A DNA stretch of 64,000 nt. Origin: Bryobacterales bacterium. Its GTDB lineage: Bacteria; Acidobacteriota; Terriglobia; Bryobacterales; UBA6623. The translations under genes were made by a program, and so were the position numbers. The stretch lies in contig OZ252029.1 in the NCBI GenBank assembly GCA_965247515.1, positions 6,828,692 to 6,892,691 of the forward strand. Direction: 5' to 3'. Positions 10,398-23,047 of this stretch are shown one piece after another; positions within the stretch are counted from its first letter, which is position 1; each line of letters begins with the position of its first letter. The notes under the pieces are model-generated. The model was not told where the DNA came from. It ran no database searches and saw only the letters and a list, made by a program, of their open reading frames with translations.

Positions 10398-10526
10398 CTA
10401 AACACTTCGAAATAAACAAAAAATTGTCGCGTAAATAAAACCACAATTAGTAAGAAATACTGAGATTTACATGAGACAATAGTACCGGTACGAATTGATC
10501 GGCCGTCTAGGCCCTTTTGAAAAACC
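10398..10526. promoter_or_regulatory. AT-rich divergent intergenic region between the amidase and the hutI-like gene
   Basis: Local GC drop (aaataaacaaaaaattgtcgcgtaaataaaacc). Probably carries divergent promoters. Confidence 0.3.
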
Positions 10527-11766
10527 ATGATCTTCCTCCGCGGGGCGAAACAGCTCGTCACCATGCGCGGACCGGCGCCTCGACGCGGCGCTGAGTTGCT
10601 GGATTTAGGGGTAATCCAGGATGGTTCGGTCCTGATCGACGGGGGCCGGATCGATGAGGTGGGCTCCACCCGCAGGATCGAGAATCTTGCCAAGGCCCGC
10701 GGGGCGAAGTTAATCGACGTCAGCGGGAAGGTGGTTCTCCCCAGGGTTCGTCGACTCGTATACGCGCTTGATCTTCGGCGCTCCTCGGCTTGAAGAGTTC
10801 GAAGCCCAGGCTTCGGGAGTGCGGCGGGCAGAGGCAGGGGAGGCCGCCTTGCGCGGGAAATCATCGAATGCCTTGCGGGCGCAGGCGCGGCGCTGGGCCT
10901 ACTCCTCCGCGTCCTATGGGGCGACGACGGCCGAGATCCGTTCCGGTCATGAAAGCTCATGGGAAGTTGAAGCGAAGGGACTGAGGGCGGCCCAAGCCCT
11001 GAACGGAGACCCCTTGGAAATCGGCGTTTCGCTGATTGTGGGCGCCGCGCTGGCGGGGCGGGGCGATGAAGAGATCGCCAGTGCTCTCGGTCACCTCTCC
11101 CGCCGGAAACTGGCTTACGCCTGCGAAGTAGACTTTGGAGCCCTTTCACCCAGCAGGGCGAAGGCGGCTCTGGAGGCGGCCAAGGATTTGGGGCTCGAAC
11201 GTAAAGTGTGGGCGATGGCGCCGGGTGCGGTCGAGTTGGCGGTCAGCTCCGGCGCACTGAGCGCGGACGGGCTGCGCGGGATCACCGGGGTTGAGATCGA
11301 TCGGCTGGCGTCTTCCGATACTATTGCCACTCTCCTGCCCGGACTCACCTACCACGCGGGCCTGGCTCCTCCCCCCGCACGCCAGCTCGTTGATCGCGGT
11401 GCTGTGGTCGCGATCGCCAGTGGTTTCGGTCCGGAGTGCCCGACGCTGAGCATGCCGCTGACGGTGGCCGCCGCCTGCCGGAGCCTGCACTTGACGCCCG
11501 AGGAAGCGCTGGCTTGCGCGACGATCAACGCAGCGGCCGCGGTTGGGCGCGCGGGTGAGATCGGGTCCCTCGAACCGGGCAAACAGGCCGACATCGCTGT
11601 ATTCGACGTGAGCGACTACCGCGAGATCCCTTACTATTTGGGTGTGAACCTTTGTTCGCTCACGCTGAAACGCGGCCAAGTGATTTACCGGGCAGGGGCG
11701 CTGCCGCCGGTTCCGAAAAAAGTTCCGAGCCGTCACATTCGCCGCCGTGGTCCCATTGCGGCTTGA
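10527..11766 (+). CDS. hutI: Imidazolonepropionase-like amidohydrolase (HutI family), with an apparent 1-nt frameshift near 10738-10745 (ctcccc run)
   Basis: The first part ends ..GKVVLP. Shifting +1 gives PGFVDSYTRLIFGAPRLEEFE, the HutI metal-binding region. The second part has HutI-like EIRSGHE, ASGFGPECPTLSMPL and GSLEPGKQAD blocks. Confidence 0.6.
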
Positions 11767-12782
11767 TGGAACGCCGGGGATTGAGCCCCGAGCCGGCGGC
11801 TCGAGGTGGCGGCGCCAAACCGAGCGATCGATGTGACAACCCAACGTCAACCGGTGACACGAGCGACGGCCCCCCGAGCCACCGGCTCGGGGCTCAATCA
11901 AAACAAGACTGGGTCGAATGTGTCCCGAATTTCTCCGAAGGGCGAAACCCAAAAACGCTCGACGCCATTGAGACGGCCATCCGCGGAGCCGGCGTGTTGC
12001 TGCTCGACCGAACGAGCGATGCCGATCACAACCGGTCGGTGTTTACGTTCGTAGGTCCGCCGGCCGCCGTCGGCGAGGCTGTGGTCGCGGCGGCGGCAGT
12101 CGCGGTCGAGCGGATAGACCTGAGGATGCACTCGGGCGTCCATCCCAGGCTCGGGGCGCTCGACGTGGCGCCGCTGATCCCGCTGGGCGACGGGCGCTGG
12201 GAGCCTTGCTTGACGCTGGCGAAAAAAGTTGGGGCTAGCCTGTGGAACCAGTTGAGCCTGCCTGTGTACTTCTACGGGCGGGCGGCCGCATCACCACACC
12301 GCGAACGACTCGAATCGGTTCGCCGCGGCGGTTTCGAGAATGCCGAAATGGCGCCGGACCTAGGCGGGCCCAAACTGCACCCTTCGGCCGGAGCCGTCGC
12401 GGTAGGGGTCCGCCAGTTTCTGATCGCCTACAACGTCAACCTGAAGACCTCTGACCTCAGCATCGCCAAGCGAATCGCGCGGTCGGTTCGCGAGTCATCA
12501 GGTGGGTTGCCCGCTGTGAAAGCCCTCGGGCTCGCGCTCGAGACCAAGGGCGTCACGCAGATTTCGATGAACTTGGCGGACTTCGAACGCACTCCCATCC
12601 ACGTTGCGTTTGAACGTGTGCGGCGCGAAGCTGGTTCGCTGGGAGTCGAAGTGGCGGGCGCGGAAATGATCGGCCTTGCGCCGCGGCGGGCGTGGGAGCT
12701 GTCCCGAGGTCGTGATGTGGGGCTGAGCGGGCGTGAGAGCTTCATTCTCGAAGACCGAATTGCCGCCCGATGTGAGTCGTGA
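11766..12782 (+). CDS. Glutamate formiminotransferase-like protein (formiminotransferase domain)
   Basis: ECVPNFSEGR signature near the N-terminus. The ATG overlaps the hutI stop (TGATG). It carries a low-complexity N-terminal extension, so the true start may be internal. Confidence 0.6.
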   Translation: MERRGLSPEPAARGGGAKPSDRCDNPTSTGDTSDGPPSHRLGAQSKQDWVECVPNFSEGRNPKTLDAIETAIRGAGVLLLDRTSDADHNRSVFTFVGPPAAVGEAVVAAAAVAVERIDLRMHSGVHPRLGALDVAPLIPLGDGRWEPCLTLAKKVGASLWNQLSLPVYFYGRAAASPHRERLESVRRGGFENAEMAPDLGGPKLHPSAGAVAVGVRQFLIAYNVNLKTSDLSIAKRIARSVRESSGGLPAVKALGLALETKGVTQISMNLADFERTPIHVAFERVRREAGSLGVEVAGAEMIGLAPRRAWELSRGRDVGLSGRESFILEDRIAARCES

Positions 12783-13267
12783 TGGAGTGCAACAACTGTG
12801 GCGCGCCAATGCGCCTTGCCGACGCCGGAGCCTATCTATACTGTGAATACTGCTCGAGCCTACGGTTCGTTAGCGAGACCGATGAGGGCGTGGTTTCGAG
12901 CGGCGTGGGGGCCGGGGAGGACTGTCCGATCTGCACTGTGGAGCTAGAGGCGGCGTCGGTGGAGGGACAGGACATTGCCTACTGCGTGCTGTGTCGAGGG
13001 ATTCTGCTCAAGTCGGCCGTCTTTCGTCGAATCATCGACGCGAGGCTCAAGCGAGGATGTGCTCGTGAGGTGGCGGCGCGACCGGCCGCCGACGACGCCG
13101 TGCCGCGACATGACTGTCCGCGCTGTGGCGTTGAGATGTCACGTCATCCCTACTACGGCCCGGGCGACGCGGTGATTGACTGCTGCGGGGAATGTTTCCT
13201 ACTGTGGCTGGACCACCCCGAGCTGACGGTGATCGTGAAAGCGCACCAACGCGAAAGTAGGCCCTAG
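12779..13267 (+). CDS. Zinc-ribbon protein with six CxxC pairs (zf-TFIIB-like)
   Basis: CNNC..CEYC / CPIC..CVLC / CPRC..CCGEC motifs. Start overlaps the upstream stop. Confidence 0.4.
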   Translation: MMECNNCGAPMRLADAGAYLYCEYCSSLRFVSETDEGVVSSGVGAGEDCPICTVELEAASVEGQDIAYCVLCRGILLKSAVFRRIIDARLKRGCAREVAARPAADDAVPRHDCPRCGVEMSRHPYYGPGDAVIDCCGECFLLWLDHPELTVIVKAHQRESRP

Positions 13268-13318
13268 GCCCAACACTGTCGAGTCAGGCGTCGAGACCGC
13301 GACCCGGAGCCGCGACTA

Positions 13319-15220
13319 TAAGGGGCCGTGAAGAAAACCTATTGTCGCGTCGGCGCGCGGGAGCGCCAAGCGCACGCCAAGCTCAGCGCTGCCGAACGCC
13401 GCCCCTGCCGAAACCGCAACTTCTGCGCCTCGACTCCTGATTGACCGCCTGAGCGGCCCGGAAACGGTCGTTTCGGGCCGTTTCCCGGCCCTTTTCGCCC
13501 CCCGAACCGCCGCTACGCCGCCGCTTGCGCCGCCAGCCCGCACTCCGGCCCACGACGCCAGACCAGCCGGATCCAAGCCGCAATGTTGTACGCCAAAACC
13601 CCCCACAAAAGCTCCGATCGCGCCTTCCGCAGCCCTCGTACTCGAAACTTGCGCACCCCCAATCGCTCTTTCAACCAGGCGTTCGGAAACTCCGCCGTCT
13701 CGGACCGCTTGCGATACGCCGCCCGCCCACGCTCGCTCTCCATCCAGCGCCGATGTTTCGCCATCACCGCGTTCTCTTCGCTGCGGCTCAACGTTCGATG
13801 ACCGCTCTTGGGGCAGCACTTGTGTCGCTGTGCGCATTCGCGACAATCAGATGCTTTTGCCTGATACTGCCGATATTTGCGCTTCCGCTTCAGCGACGAT
13901 CGCTGATACGTCAAGGTCCGCTGGGCCGGACACAGAAACGTGTCCGTCGCCTCGTCGTAGATGAAAAACTTCGGCGCGTAGCGCGGCCCAATTCCCGCCG
14001 CTTTCAACGCCGCCTTCGAGCCCTTGTCCGGCGCCGGCGCCGGCGTCGCGTATTCGATTTCAGCGGCTGCCAGCGCCTCGATGTTGGCCTGGTTGGCGTA
14101 GCCCCCGTCCGCTAACACTTGCTTCGGGGTTCGCTCGAAGCGCCCTTCCACATCGTCCAGCGTCGGGGTCAGCTGGCCCGCATCGGAGGCGTTGTTGGTC
14201 AACTCCACGCCGACCACGATCTTCTCTTTGGCTTCGGTCGCCAGCTGCGCGTTGTAGCCGAGTCCCCAACCGCCGTTGGATTCGTGTTGCGGGCGCGCTT
14301 CCGGCTCGCTCTCGCTCACCCGCGCCTGGCGTCGTTGCTCTTCGTCGCGCTTGCCCGCTTCGACCTTGGGCAGTTCCTCCAGCGCCTGCTCCATCCGCTC
14401 GACTCGCTCCCGCAAGGTCCGCTTACGCGCCGCCTGACGCCGCCGATTCGAACCCTCGTCGTCGGCTTCTTCCGAGAGTTGACGCACCGCTTCGCGCGCT
14501 TGTTCGAGATGCCGCTCGAGCGTCGGACGCCTGCGTTGCGACCCGCCCGAGGCTTGCGCCCGGATCCGCGTGCCGTCGACGGCCACCTGCTCGAGATCCA
14601 CCAGCCCCTCTTGACTCAGCAGCGCCAATACCTGTGTCAACAAGTTCTCGAGAGCTTTTGAGTGGAATACCCGAAAATCCGAAAGAGTGTGATGATTGAC
14701 GACCGCCATGCCGCACAACCACTCCAACTCCGGCCGATAGCGGCTTTGACGCGCGATCTCACGCGCCGAGCTCATCCTTTCCGAATACGCCCAGATCCAG
14801 ATCGCGACCAGCAACCGCGGATCCCATGCCGGCCGCCCGGCGGACTCCTTGCGGGTTTCCAGATGAGCAGCGAAGCCGGACAGGTCGAGCATGCCGCTCA
14901 GCTCCCAGATGGCGCGCACCAGATGGTCGGCCGGCACGAGCCGTTCGACGTCGATCGCGGCATAGGTGAATTGGTCGCGATTGGGCTGTCGCAGCTGCAG
15001 TTGGTCAACGGGCACGGCTTGGCGCGGCTTGGCGGGGCGTTGCTCGAGCTCGACTAAGACCTGTTGTTCGCCCATATAATAAGGGCGTTGGACGCCGCCG
15101 CCAAGTTATCCGAACATTCGTTTGCCCTCATGTTTTATCCCATTTTGATCCACTCGCGCCATTCCGAACCGCCCCAGGGGAGCTTCGGCGGCCACGACGG
15201 GTTTATTTCACAGCCCCTCA
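13319..15220 (-). mobile_element. IS5/IS1182-like insertion sequence, copy 1 (about 1.9 kb)
   Basis: Terminal inverted repeats TAAGGGGCTGTGAAATAAACC / TAAGGGGCCGTGAAGAAAACC. Both ends abut REP-like sequence. Near-identical to copy 2 at 46877-48778 in inverted orientation. Confidence 0.8.
13513..15075 (-). CDS. IS5/IS1182-family DDE transposase (520 aa)
   Basis: N-terminal DUF772-like region, DDE core (GYNAQLA..DGGYAN) and a C-terminal Cys cluster. 99% identical to the 47022-48584 ORF. Confidence 0.8.
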   Translation of the reverse strand: MGEQQVLVELEQRPAKPRQAVPVDQLQLRQPNRDQFTYAAIDVERLVPADHLVRAIWELSGMLDLSGFAAHLETRKESAGRPAWDPRLLVAIWIWAYSERMSSAREIARQSRYRPELEWLCGMAVVNHHTLSDFRVFHSKALENLLTQVLALLSQEGLVDLEQVAVDGTRIRAQASGGSQRRRPTLERHLEQAREAVRQLSEEADDEGSNRRRQAARKRTLRERVERMEQALEELPKVEAGKRDEEQRRQARVSESEPEARPQHESNGGWGLGYNAQLATEAKEKIVVGVELTNNASDAGQLTPTLDDVEGRFERTPKQVLADGGYANQANIEALAAAEIEYATPAPAPDKGSKAALKAAGIGPRYAPKFFIYDEATDTFLCPAQRTLTYQRSSLKRKRKYRQYQAKASDCRECAQRHKCCPKSGHRTLSRSEENAVMAKHRRWMESERGRAAYRKRSETAEFPNAWLKERLGVRKFRVRGLRKARSELLWGVLAYNIAAWIRLVWRRGPECGLAAQAAA

Positions 15221-15327
15221 GCGGGCGGTTGCTTGAGAATGGGAGCAAATTGCGATTCCTCAAGCAACCGGTCCCTGACCTGGACGAGCCGGAACCCAAA
15301 GGTCAAAGGTTCGCGCCTTTTCCGAGC

Positions 15328-15412
15328 ACCCTGCGTGAGGTGAGCGGGGTGTATTATTCTTACTTTCGCGGCCGTCGCCCGGGTTGTGGGAAGACACCCC
15401 GCTCACGCAGGG
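15328..15412. terminator. 25-bp inverted repeat downstream of the DapA-like gene
   Basis: gagcaccctgcgtgaggtgagcggggtg .. caccccgctcacgcagggtgctc. Confidence 0.4.
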
Positions 15413-15524
15413 TGCTCGGAATTCCTGCCGGATTTGTGCAGGAATCGTTTACAAAGGTACTTGCGGTCTCGGGCTCCGGGTCCATCCGCCTGGCATGGCG
15501 TTGCCTAAGTCGACAGTATTGGCC

Positions 15525-16505
15525 CTAGGCCCGAAAGTACGGCTTCAGGGCCTCGAGGTTGAAGTCGATCTCGGCCTTCTGCGCCGCGTTGTAGGTGTAC
15601 TCGCCGCGCCTGAAAATCGTAGTCTTGAACAGGCCGCGTTTCTTGAACACATAGTTCCTCGTACCGGGGATCTGTTGGTCGAGGTTGATCATCAACAGGA
15701 GCTTCGAAAACACCTCGCGAATCTTCTCGCGGTCGTTCTTCTTGTGCAGTTCCCATAGCAGGGCGTAGATATCCGAGAACATCGCCCCCGGCATGGTGCC
15801 GTCGAAGCCAAGCCGCATCTCGTAAGTCCAACCTTTGCCGGCCGCGCCGCTGAAAACGGCCTTGATCACCTCAGGTCGGTGCTTGGCCATCGCCGACAGC
15901 CTCTCGATCACGGGTTTGAGCTCTTCTTTGACGTACCCAAAGTTGGGATACTTCCGCGCCAAGTCGATGATGAACTCGACGCTGGGCTCGATGTCAGGCG
16001 CGCCGCCGGTCGTCTGGATGAAGACGGGGCGCTTGGCCAACTCGCACAAAGACGAGTAGTAGCTGCGGTAATCCTCGATCGATTTCGCCTTCTTAGGCGG
16101 CATCGCGATCAGGGCGTCCGGCCCGAGCGACTCGGCGTGTCGCGCAAAGCTCATCATCTGGTTCTCGGTCTCGGCTTGAACGCCGAGGACCAAGGCGGGC
16201 TTCTTGCCCTTCGCGGCTTTGGCGAGAACTTCCATGCCGCGCATCCGTTCGTCTTCCTTTAGGTAGGCGTACTCGCTGGCCATCTGCGGCCAGACCATGC
16301 CTTGCACGCCGCACTTGTCAAGGAATTCGACCTCCCCCGCAAGGTCTTCGTAGTCGATCTGCTTGGCCTCTGTATAAGGCGTCGCCATGATGATGAACGC
16401 CCCTTCCATGGGCTTCTTCGAAGCCGCCGGTGTCGCCACGCTGCCGAAGGCTGCGGACGCCCCTAAAGCTGCAATCCATTCACGACGGGTGTACGAACCG
16501 TTCAT
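15525..16505 (-). CDS. Dihydrodipicolinate synthase/N-acetylneuraminate lyase-family protein with a Tat-like signal
   Basis: RREWIAALGASAAFG twin-arginine-like N-terminus. DapA/NAL-family TIM-barrel pattern. Confidence 0.6.
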   Translation of the reverse strand: MNGSYTRREWIAALGASAAFGSVATPAASKKPMEGAFIIMATPYTEAKQIDYEDLAGEVEFLDKCGVQGMVWPQMASEYAYLKEDERMRGMEVLAKAAKGKKPALVLGVQAETENQMMSFARHAESLGPDALIAMPPKKAKSIEDYRSYYSSLCELAKRPVFIQTTGGAPDIEPSVEFIIDLARKYPNFGYVKEELKPVIERLSAMAKHRPEVIKAVFSGAAGKGWTYEMRLGFDGTMPGAMFSDIYALLWELHKKNDREKIREVFSKLLLMINLDQQIPGTRNYVFKKRGLFKTTIFRRGEYTYNAAQKAEIDFNLEALKPYFRA

Positions 16506-16534
16506 GGCCGCGCATTATAGACGAAAATGAATCG

Positions 16535-17206
16535 ATGGCCGAGGTTTCTCAAAACGACTCGCTGGCGCTTTCGGTCGAGACGGCGCGCGGCAAGGGAGTG
16601 CTGCATGAGCTCACGGGTGTGATCTTGCGTCATGGCGGCGATATCACCGCGGTCGCGATCCTAGACGTAGGGCTCGAAGTCGAGACGGTGGCGTTCGAGA
16701 TTCACGAAGTCGGCCACCATGATGAATTGATTGCTGACCTGAAGTCGATTGACTTCGTGCGCGAAGTCTCCGAGAGCCGCACCTTGAAACGCATCTTCGG
16801 CAAGCGACTGATCATCATGGGCGGCGGCGCGCAAGTCGGCCAAGTCGCGATTGGCGCGGTAGCCGAGGCGGATCGGCATAACCTTCGGGGCGAGCGAATC
16901 TCGGTCGACACGATCCCGCTGATTGGCGAAGAGGCCCTTGCGGAAGCCGTTCGGGCGACCGCTCGCTTGCCGCGGGCTCGCGCCGTGGTTCTGGCCGGTG
17001 CGCTGATGGGCGGGGACATCGAGAGCGCTGTCCGCGAGGTCCGTGAGAAGGGCCTGTTGGTGATCTCGCTGAATATGGCGGGGTCGGCGCCCGAGGCGGC
17101 TGATCTCGTTGTGACGGATCCGGTGCAGGCGGGCGTGATGGCGGTGATGGCGATTTCCGACACGGCGCAGTTCGACCCGAGTCGATTGAAGAAGCGGGTG
17201 TTTTAA
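16535..17206 (+). CDS. ACT-domain-containing protein (COG2150-like)
   Basis: N-terminal ACT-like segment followed by a conserved IIMGGGAQVGQ..VLAGALMGGDI region. Confidence 0.4.
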   Translation: MAEVSQNDSLALSVETARGKGVLHELTGVILRHGGDITAVAILDVGLEVETVAFEIHEVGHHDELIADLKSIDFVREVSESRTLKRIFGKRLIIMGGGAQVGQVAIGAVAEADRHNLRGERISVDTIPLIGEEALAEAVRATARLPRARAVVLAGALMGGDIESAVREVREKGLLVISLNMAGSAPEAADLVVTDPVQAGVMAVMAISDTAQFDPSRLKKRVF

Positions 17207-17222
17207 TGCACTCGAACGACTA

Positions 17223-17711
17223 CTAAGGTCTTGCAAACGACGTCTGCTGTTCGAACACGTCGACCGGCTTCCACATGCGTTTCTCTTTGTACTCGCGGTA
17301 CTTCGCCGGGTCGGCATCCGGGTTCGGAGTCGGCATTTGGGCGCCGACGGACTTGCGCCAGTCGTGCAATTTGGCTTGCAACTCCCGGGCCTTGTCAGAC
17401 ATCGACTCGGCCAGGTCGCGCGTCTCTGAGATGTCTTCGCGCAGGTCGTATAGCTCCAAGTGGCCGTCCTCGTAAAACTCGAGTAACTTGAACGGCCCCT
17501 CGCGGATGGCCCCATAAGGCGTGCAAGTCTCGACCGGCGTGTGGGCGTTGTAGTGCGGGTAATGCCAATAAATGGGGCCGCGTTCGAACCCCGGCTCGCC
17601 GGTCAGGGCAGGGACCAGGCTCTTGCCGTCGACCTTCGCCGGAGAGTCTACGCCCGCTACTTCGAGTAGGGTCGGGAACAGATCCACGCTCATCGCGGGT
17701 TCGTCGATCAC
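17223..17711 (-). pseudogene. Sulfatase C-terminal fragment (N-terminal catalytic part absent)
   Basis: DLFPTL..GKSL..WHYPHY..LYDL..DP.E..NLA is typical of arylsulfatase C-termini. There is no sulfatase N-terminus upstream. Confidence 0.65.
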
Positions 17712-18205
17712 TGCGGGAGCCTTGCCCGGCTCTCGACCCCGTGAGCCTGCGAGCTCGACCTGTTTTCGGTTGAGACGACTCGTAAACTTGCGATGTGCCG
17801 ACTCTAATCGGCGTGAACCGGACGAAGAATAATGTCGACGCTGTTCCTCGCGAGGATCGAGGCTCCTTTAGGGGCCTCTACATTTTGGAGGTAGACCCCA
17901 AGGTCCCCCTTGGTGCGCAGGGCGGCTAAGTAGGCGCTGCGGATACTTGGCCCCATGGCGGCGAAAACCGGCAAAAATCGGTGTTTTCCCGTGGCGCCGG
18001 GAGAGGGGTGGGTCCCCAATTCTAGGTTAAGGCATGGGGGCTAGGGTTTCAGGTGGGGGCGGCCCTAAGTGATTGAAATGACTTGAGAAAACTGGTTGAG
18101 ACATGGTGTGACGGGGTACGGAGCCGGCGTCGTGACGTTGGACGCTTGGACCAGACCCAAGCGGTCGACTGCTGCAAGAACGATATTCTAGCCCACGGCT
18201 TCAGC

Positions 18206-20192
<1,987 letters not shown>

Positions 20193-20316
20193 GGGACTGG
20201 AGTTTCTACATTTGCGGACGGGGGAGGGCCATGGTTGAGGTAGGTCGGTAGATGGTTATTGACATACCGATAGGATTGAGCTATTCTGTTCTTGGCCCCG
20301 CTCGGCGCCGCTGCCT

Positions 20317-20649
20317 ATGCCCGACGATCTCCGCGATACTCTTCTGGAAACCCTAGAATCAGCCCTCGATGCTCAGCTGCGCGCCGTTCGTCGGCTGCGA
20401 TCGAAACCCCCTCCCCGGCCCAAGCGCCCTTCGCCTCAAGGTATGCCTCAGGTCGATATGGCCCATGACATACTCGCCGGAGCCGAGCGTCCGCTGCATA
20501 TCGCGGAGTTGATCGAGGGCATTCAGGCCAGGTTTTCCCGTGCGGTTGACCGCGAAAGCCTCGTCTCGGCGCTGTCGAAGAAGATCGCTCGCGGCGACCG
20601 TTTTGTGCGCACCGCGAAGAACACTTTCGCGCTGCGTAGCCCGGATTAG
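20317..20649 (+). CDS. IS-internal small ORF (HTH-like accessory protein)
   Basis: 110-aa ORF inside the IS boundaries, upstream of the transposase. Confidence 0.3.
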   Translation: MPDDLRDTLLETLESALDAQLRAVRRLRSKPPPRPKRPSPQGMPQVDMAHDILAGAERPLHIAELIEGIQARFSRAVDRESLVSALSKKIARGDRFVRTAKNTFALRSPD

Positions 20650-20686
20650 CTACGCGGCCCGGATTAGCTGTCCCCTGGAGGTTCCC

Positions 20687-22063
20687 ATGCTGCTTCCTCA
20701 GTTCCTGTCGATCAGCGCTGATTGGAGGCGCGCCTTTCCCCAGCAACGCACGCATCGACGCGCGGTGCGCCAAGGCCTGGGAGGCCTGGTTTGCCTGGGC
20801 CGCCGCACGCTTTCGCGCATTATTTGGACCAACGGCGGCGAGCAAAACAGCTGGAGCGCGGACTATTTTTTGCACGAGCGCTGCAAGTGGCGTCCGCAAG
20901 AGTTGTTCGCGCCGGTGTGGAAGCGCGCCTTGGGGTTTTGCCGCTCACGGTTGGTGGGCGTGGCGATCGACGACACGCGCTTGCGCAAGACGGGGCGTAG
21001 GATCAAGCAGGCGTTTTATCAACACGATCCGCTCTCGCCGCCGTTTCACGCGAACTTGATGCTGGGGTTGCGCTACTTGCAAGCGTCGTTGTTGGTTCCC
21101 TTCGATCGCGGCGGCAAGACCGGCGCGCGGGCCTTGCCGGTGCGTTTTGAATGTGCGCCGGTTCCCAAGCGTCCCGGCAAACGCGCCGGCGACGCCGAGC
21201 GAGAGCAGTACGAACAAGCGCGCAAGCGCTGTCGCATCTCGCAACGTTTAGTCGACATGATGGCGCCGCTGCGGGCTGCGCTGGATGCCGCCGGCGGGAT
21301 CGCCAAGAAGATGGTGTTGTCGCTTGACGGCAGTTTCAGCAACCGCACCGTTTTCCTGGCGCCGCGCGATCGCACCGAGCTCATCGCTCGCACGCGCCTG
21401 GACGCTGTGCTGTGCAAAGCCGCGCCGACCGGCTCGCGACGCTTCTATGGGGTCGAAAAGTTCCGCCCCGAACAGGTGCGCCGCGACGAGACGATCGTCT
21501 GGAAAACGACCAAGCCATTCTACGGCGGCAAGCGCCGCAAGATCCGTTATAAAGAGGTCAACGAGGTGTACTGGCAGGGCGGGGCGCGGCGCACGCCGTT
21601 GCGTTTGTTGGTGGTCGCGCCGACCCCCTATAGCAAGCGCCTTTCGAGCAAGATGTACTACCGCCAGCCGGCGTATCTACTCACGACGGACCTCGCCAGC
21701 CAGGCGCGCGAGCTGTTGCAGATCTATTTCGACCGTTGGCAGATCGAGGTGAACCACCGCGAAGAGAAGGACACGTTGGGCGTGGGACAGGCGCAGTTAT
21801 GGAGCGAGACGGCGGTCCCGAAGCAACCGGTATTGGCGGTGGCGGCGTACAGCGCTTTGCTGCTGGCGTCGTTGCTGGCGTATGGTCCGGGGCGCGGAGA
21901 GGCCTATGCGCCGCTGCCGAAATGGAGGGAAAAGGCAAAGAGGCCTTCTTGTCTGGATCTGGTGGCGCTGTTGCGGAAAGAAATGGTCGAAAACCCCGAT
22001 TTGCTGGCTCCGCTGGGGCTCAAACCCTCCTGGCAGGCCTTCGGCGCCGCCGCTGACGGGTAA
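20687..22063 (+). CDS. IS4-family DDE transposase
   Basis: VAIDDT and LSLDGSF acidic residues, plus a perfect Y-(2)-R-(3)-E-(6)-K signature (YFDRWQIEVNHREEK). Confidence 0.8.
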   Translation: MLLPQFLSISADWRRAFPQQRTHRRAVRQGLGGLVCLGRRTLSRIIWTNGGEQNSWSADYFLHERCKWRPQELFAPVWKRALGFCRSRLVGVAIDDTRLRKTGRRIKQAFYQHDPLSPPFHANLMLGLRYLQASLLVPFDRGGKTGARALPVRFECAPVPKRPGKRAGDAEREQYEQARKRCRISQRLVDMMAPLRAALDAAGGIAKKMVLSLDGSFSNRTVFLAPRDRTELIARTRLDAVLCKAAPTGSRRFYGVEKFRPEQVRRDETIVWKTTKPFYGGKRRKIRYKEVNEVYWQGGARRTPLRLLVVAPTPYSKRLSSKMYYRQPAYLLTTDLASQARELLQIYFDRWQIEVNHREEKDTLGVGQAQLWSETAVPKQPVLAVAAYSALLLASLLAYGPGRGEAYAPLPKWREKAKRPSCLDLVALLRKEMVENPDLLAPLGLKPSWQAFGAAADG

Positions 22064-22207
22064 AATATGTAGAAACTCCAGGGGCCGGCTACGCTGGCCT
22101 CTCGGGGTCTTTGAGCCAGCTCTCGCTACTTTTGGCGGCGTGCGAGAACCATTCCCAAGAACGCGGCATCAGGGCGATCGGAAAATCCGCCGCCATTCGG
22201 GCCCAGT

Positions 22208-23047
22208 TCATGTCTCGTAGCGCCCAACGGCTGACCTGACGCCGGCAGGCCGCCTTCTGCGCCGGCGTGAGCGGCCCCCCCCCGCTACAGCCCTGCGATA
22301 CTCGCTAAAGATGCGCCAATGGGGCAGGACGCGTTTGCCGGCCTGCGCGGGGTCGAACCAAGCCACTCGCATGTGGTGCGCCGGGTTCGCGCGCACGCTG
22401 CGATCCTGATGGTCGCGGTTGAAGAAGAGCAACTCGGGAAGAATCACGTAGCGTCCGCGGAGCCCAATCTCGGCGCGTAGGATTCGGTCGGAGGCGACGT
22501 AACGGTCGAGCAGGCGGGTCTGGCGAAAGACGTCCATGCGGAACAGGCCAAAGACCTCGTAGCACCAGCGGTCGTAGCGCAGCAGGTCGCCGAATCGTTC
22601 GACTGGGTCCGGGGAGGAGGCGTACTCCGCGGGGTAGCGGAGCTCGGTTAGCGGGTCGCCGGTGTCGTCGATGATTTGGACGTCGGAATGGCAGCCGGCC
22701 ACTGTTGGGTCGTCACTTAGGACCGCGACGCATTTCGCCAAATAGCTCGGGGCCAAGACATCGTCATGCGCGGCCCAGCGAAAGAACTCTCCCTGGGCCA
22801 GCTCCACGCTCAGATTGAAATTCCTCGAGGCGCCGAGGTTCGCCTCATTGCGGTGATAGCGAACGCGCGAGTCGGCGGCCTCGTATCCGCGGCAAATCCC
22901 CTCGGTCGCGTCGGTCGAGGCGTTGTCGCAGATGATTAGCTCGAAGTCCGCGTACGTCTGGCCGAGGATGGAATCGATCGCCAGGCGCAAGAAGCGCTCG
23001 CCGTTGTAGACGGGCAAACCGATGCTGACTGGTACGCGAGGTTTCAT
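22208..23047 (-). CDS. Family 2 glycosyltransferase
   Basis: VSIGLPVYNGERFL..ICDNASTD..AHDD GT2 motifs. Confidence 0.8.
   Translation of the reverse strand: MKPRVPVSIGLPVYNGERFLRLAIDSILGQTYADFELIICDNASTDATEGICRGYEAADSRVRYHRNEANLGASRNFNLSVELAQGEFFRWAAHDDVLAPSYLAKCVAVLSDDPTVAGCHSDVQIIDDTGDPLTELRYPAEYASSPDPVERFGDLLRYDRWCYEVFGLFRMDVFRQTRLLDRYVASDRILRAEIGLRGRYVILPELLFFNRDHQDRSVRANPAHHMRVAWFDPAQAGKRVLPHWRIFSEYRRAVAGGGRSRRRRRRPAGVRSAVGRYET

Larger units (their letters stand above)
20197..22081 (+). mobile_element. IS4-superfamily (IS701-like) insertion sequence. It begins 4 nt after the 3' end of intron A.
   Basis: Inverted repeats ctggagtttctacat (20197-) and atgtagaaactccag (-22081), flanked by ggga / gggc. 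Confidence 0.7.
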
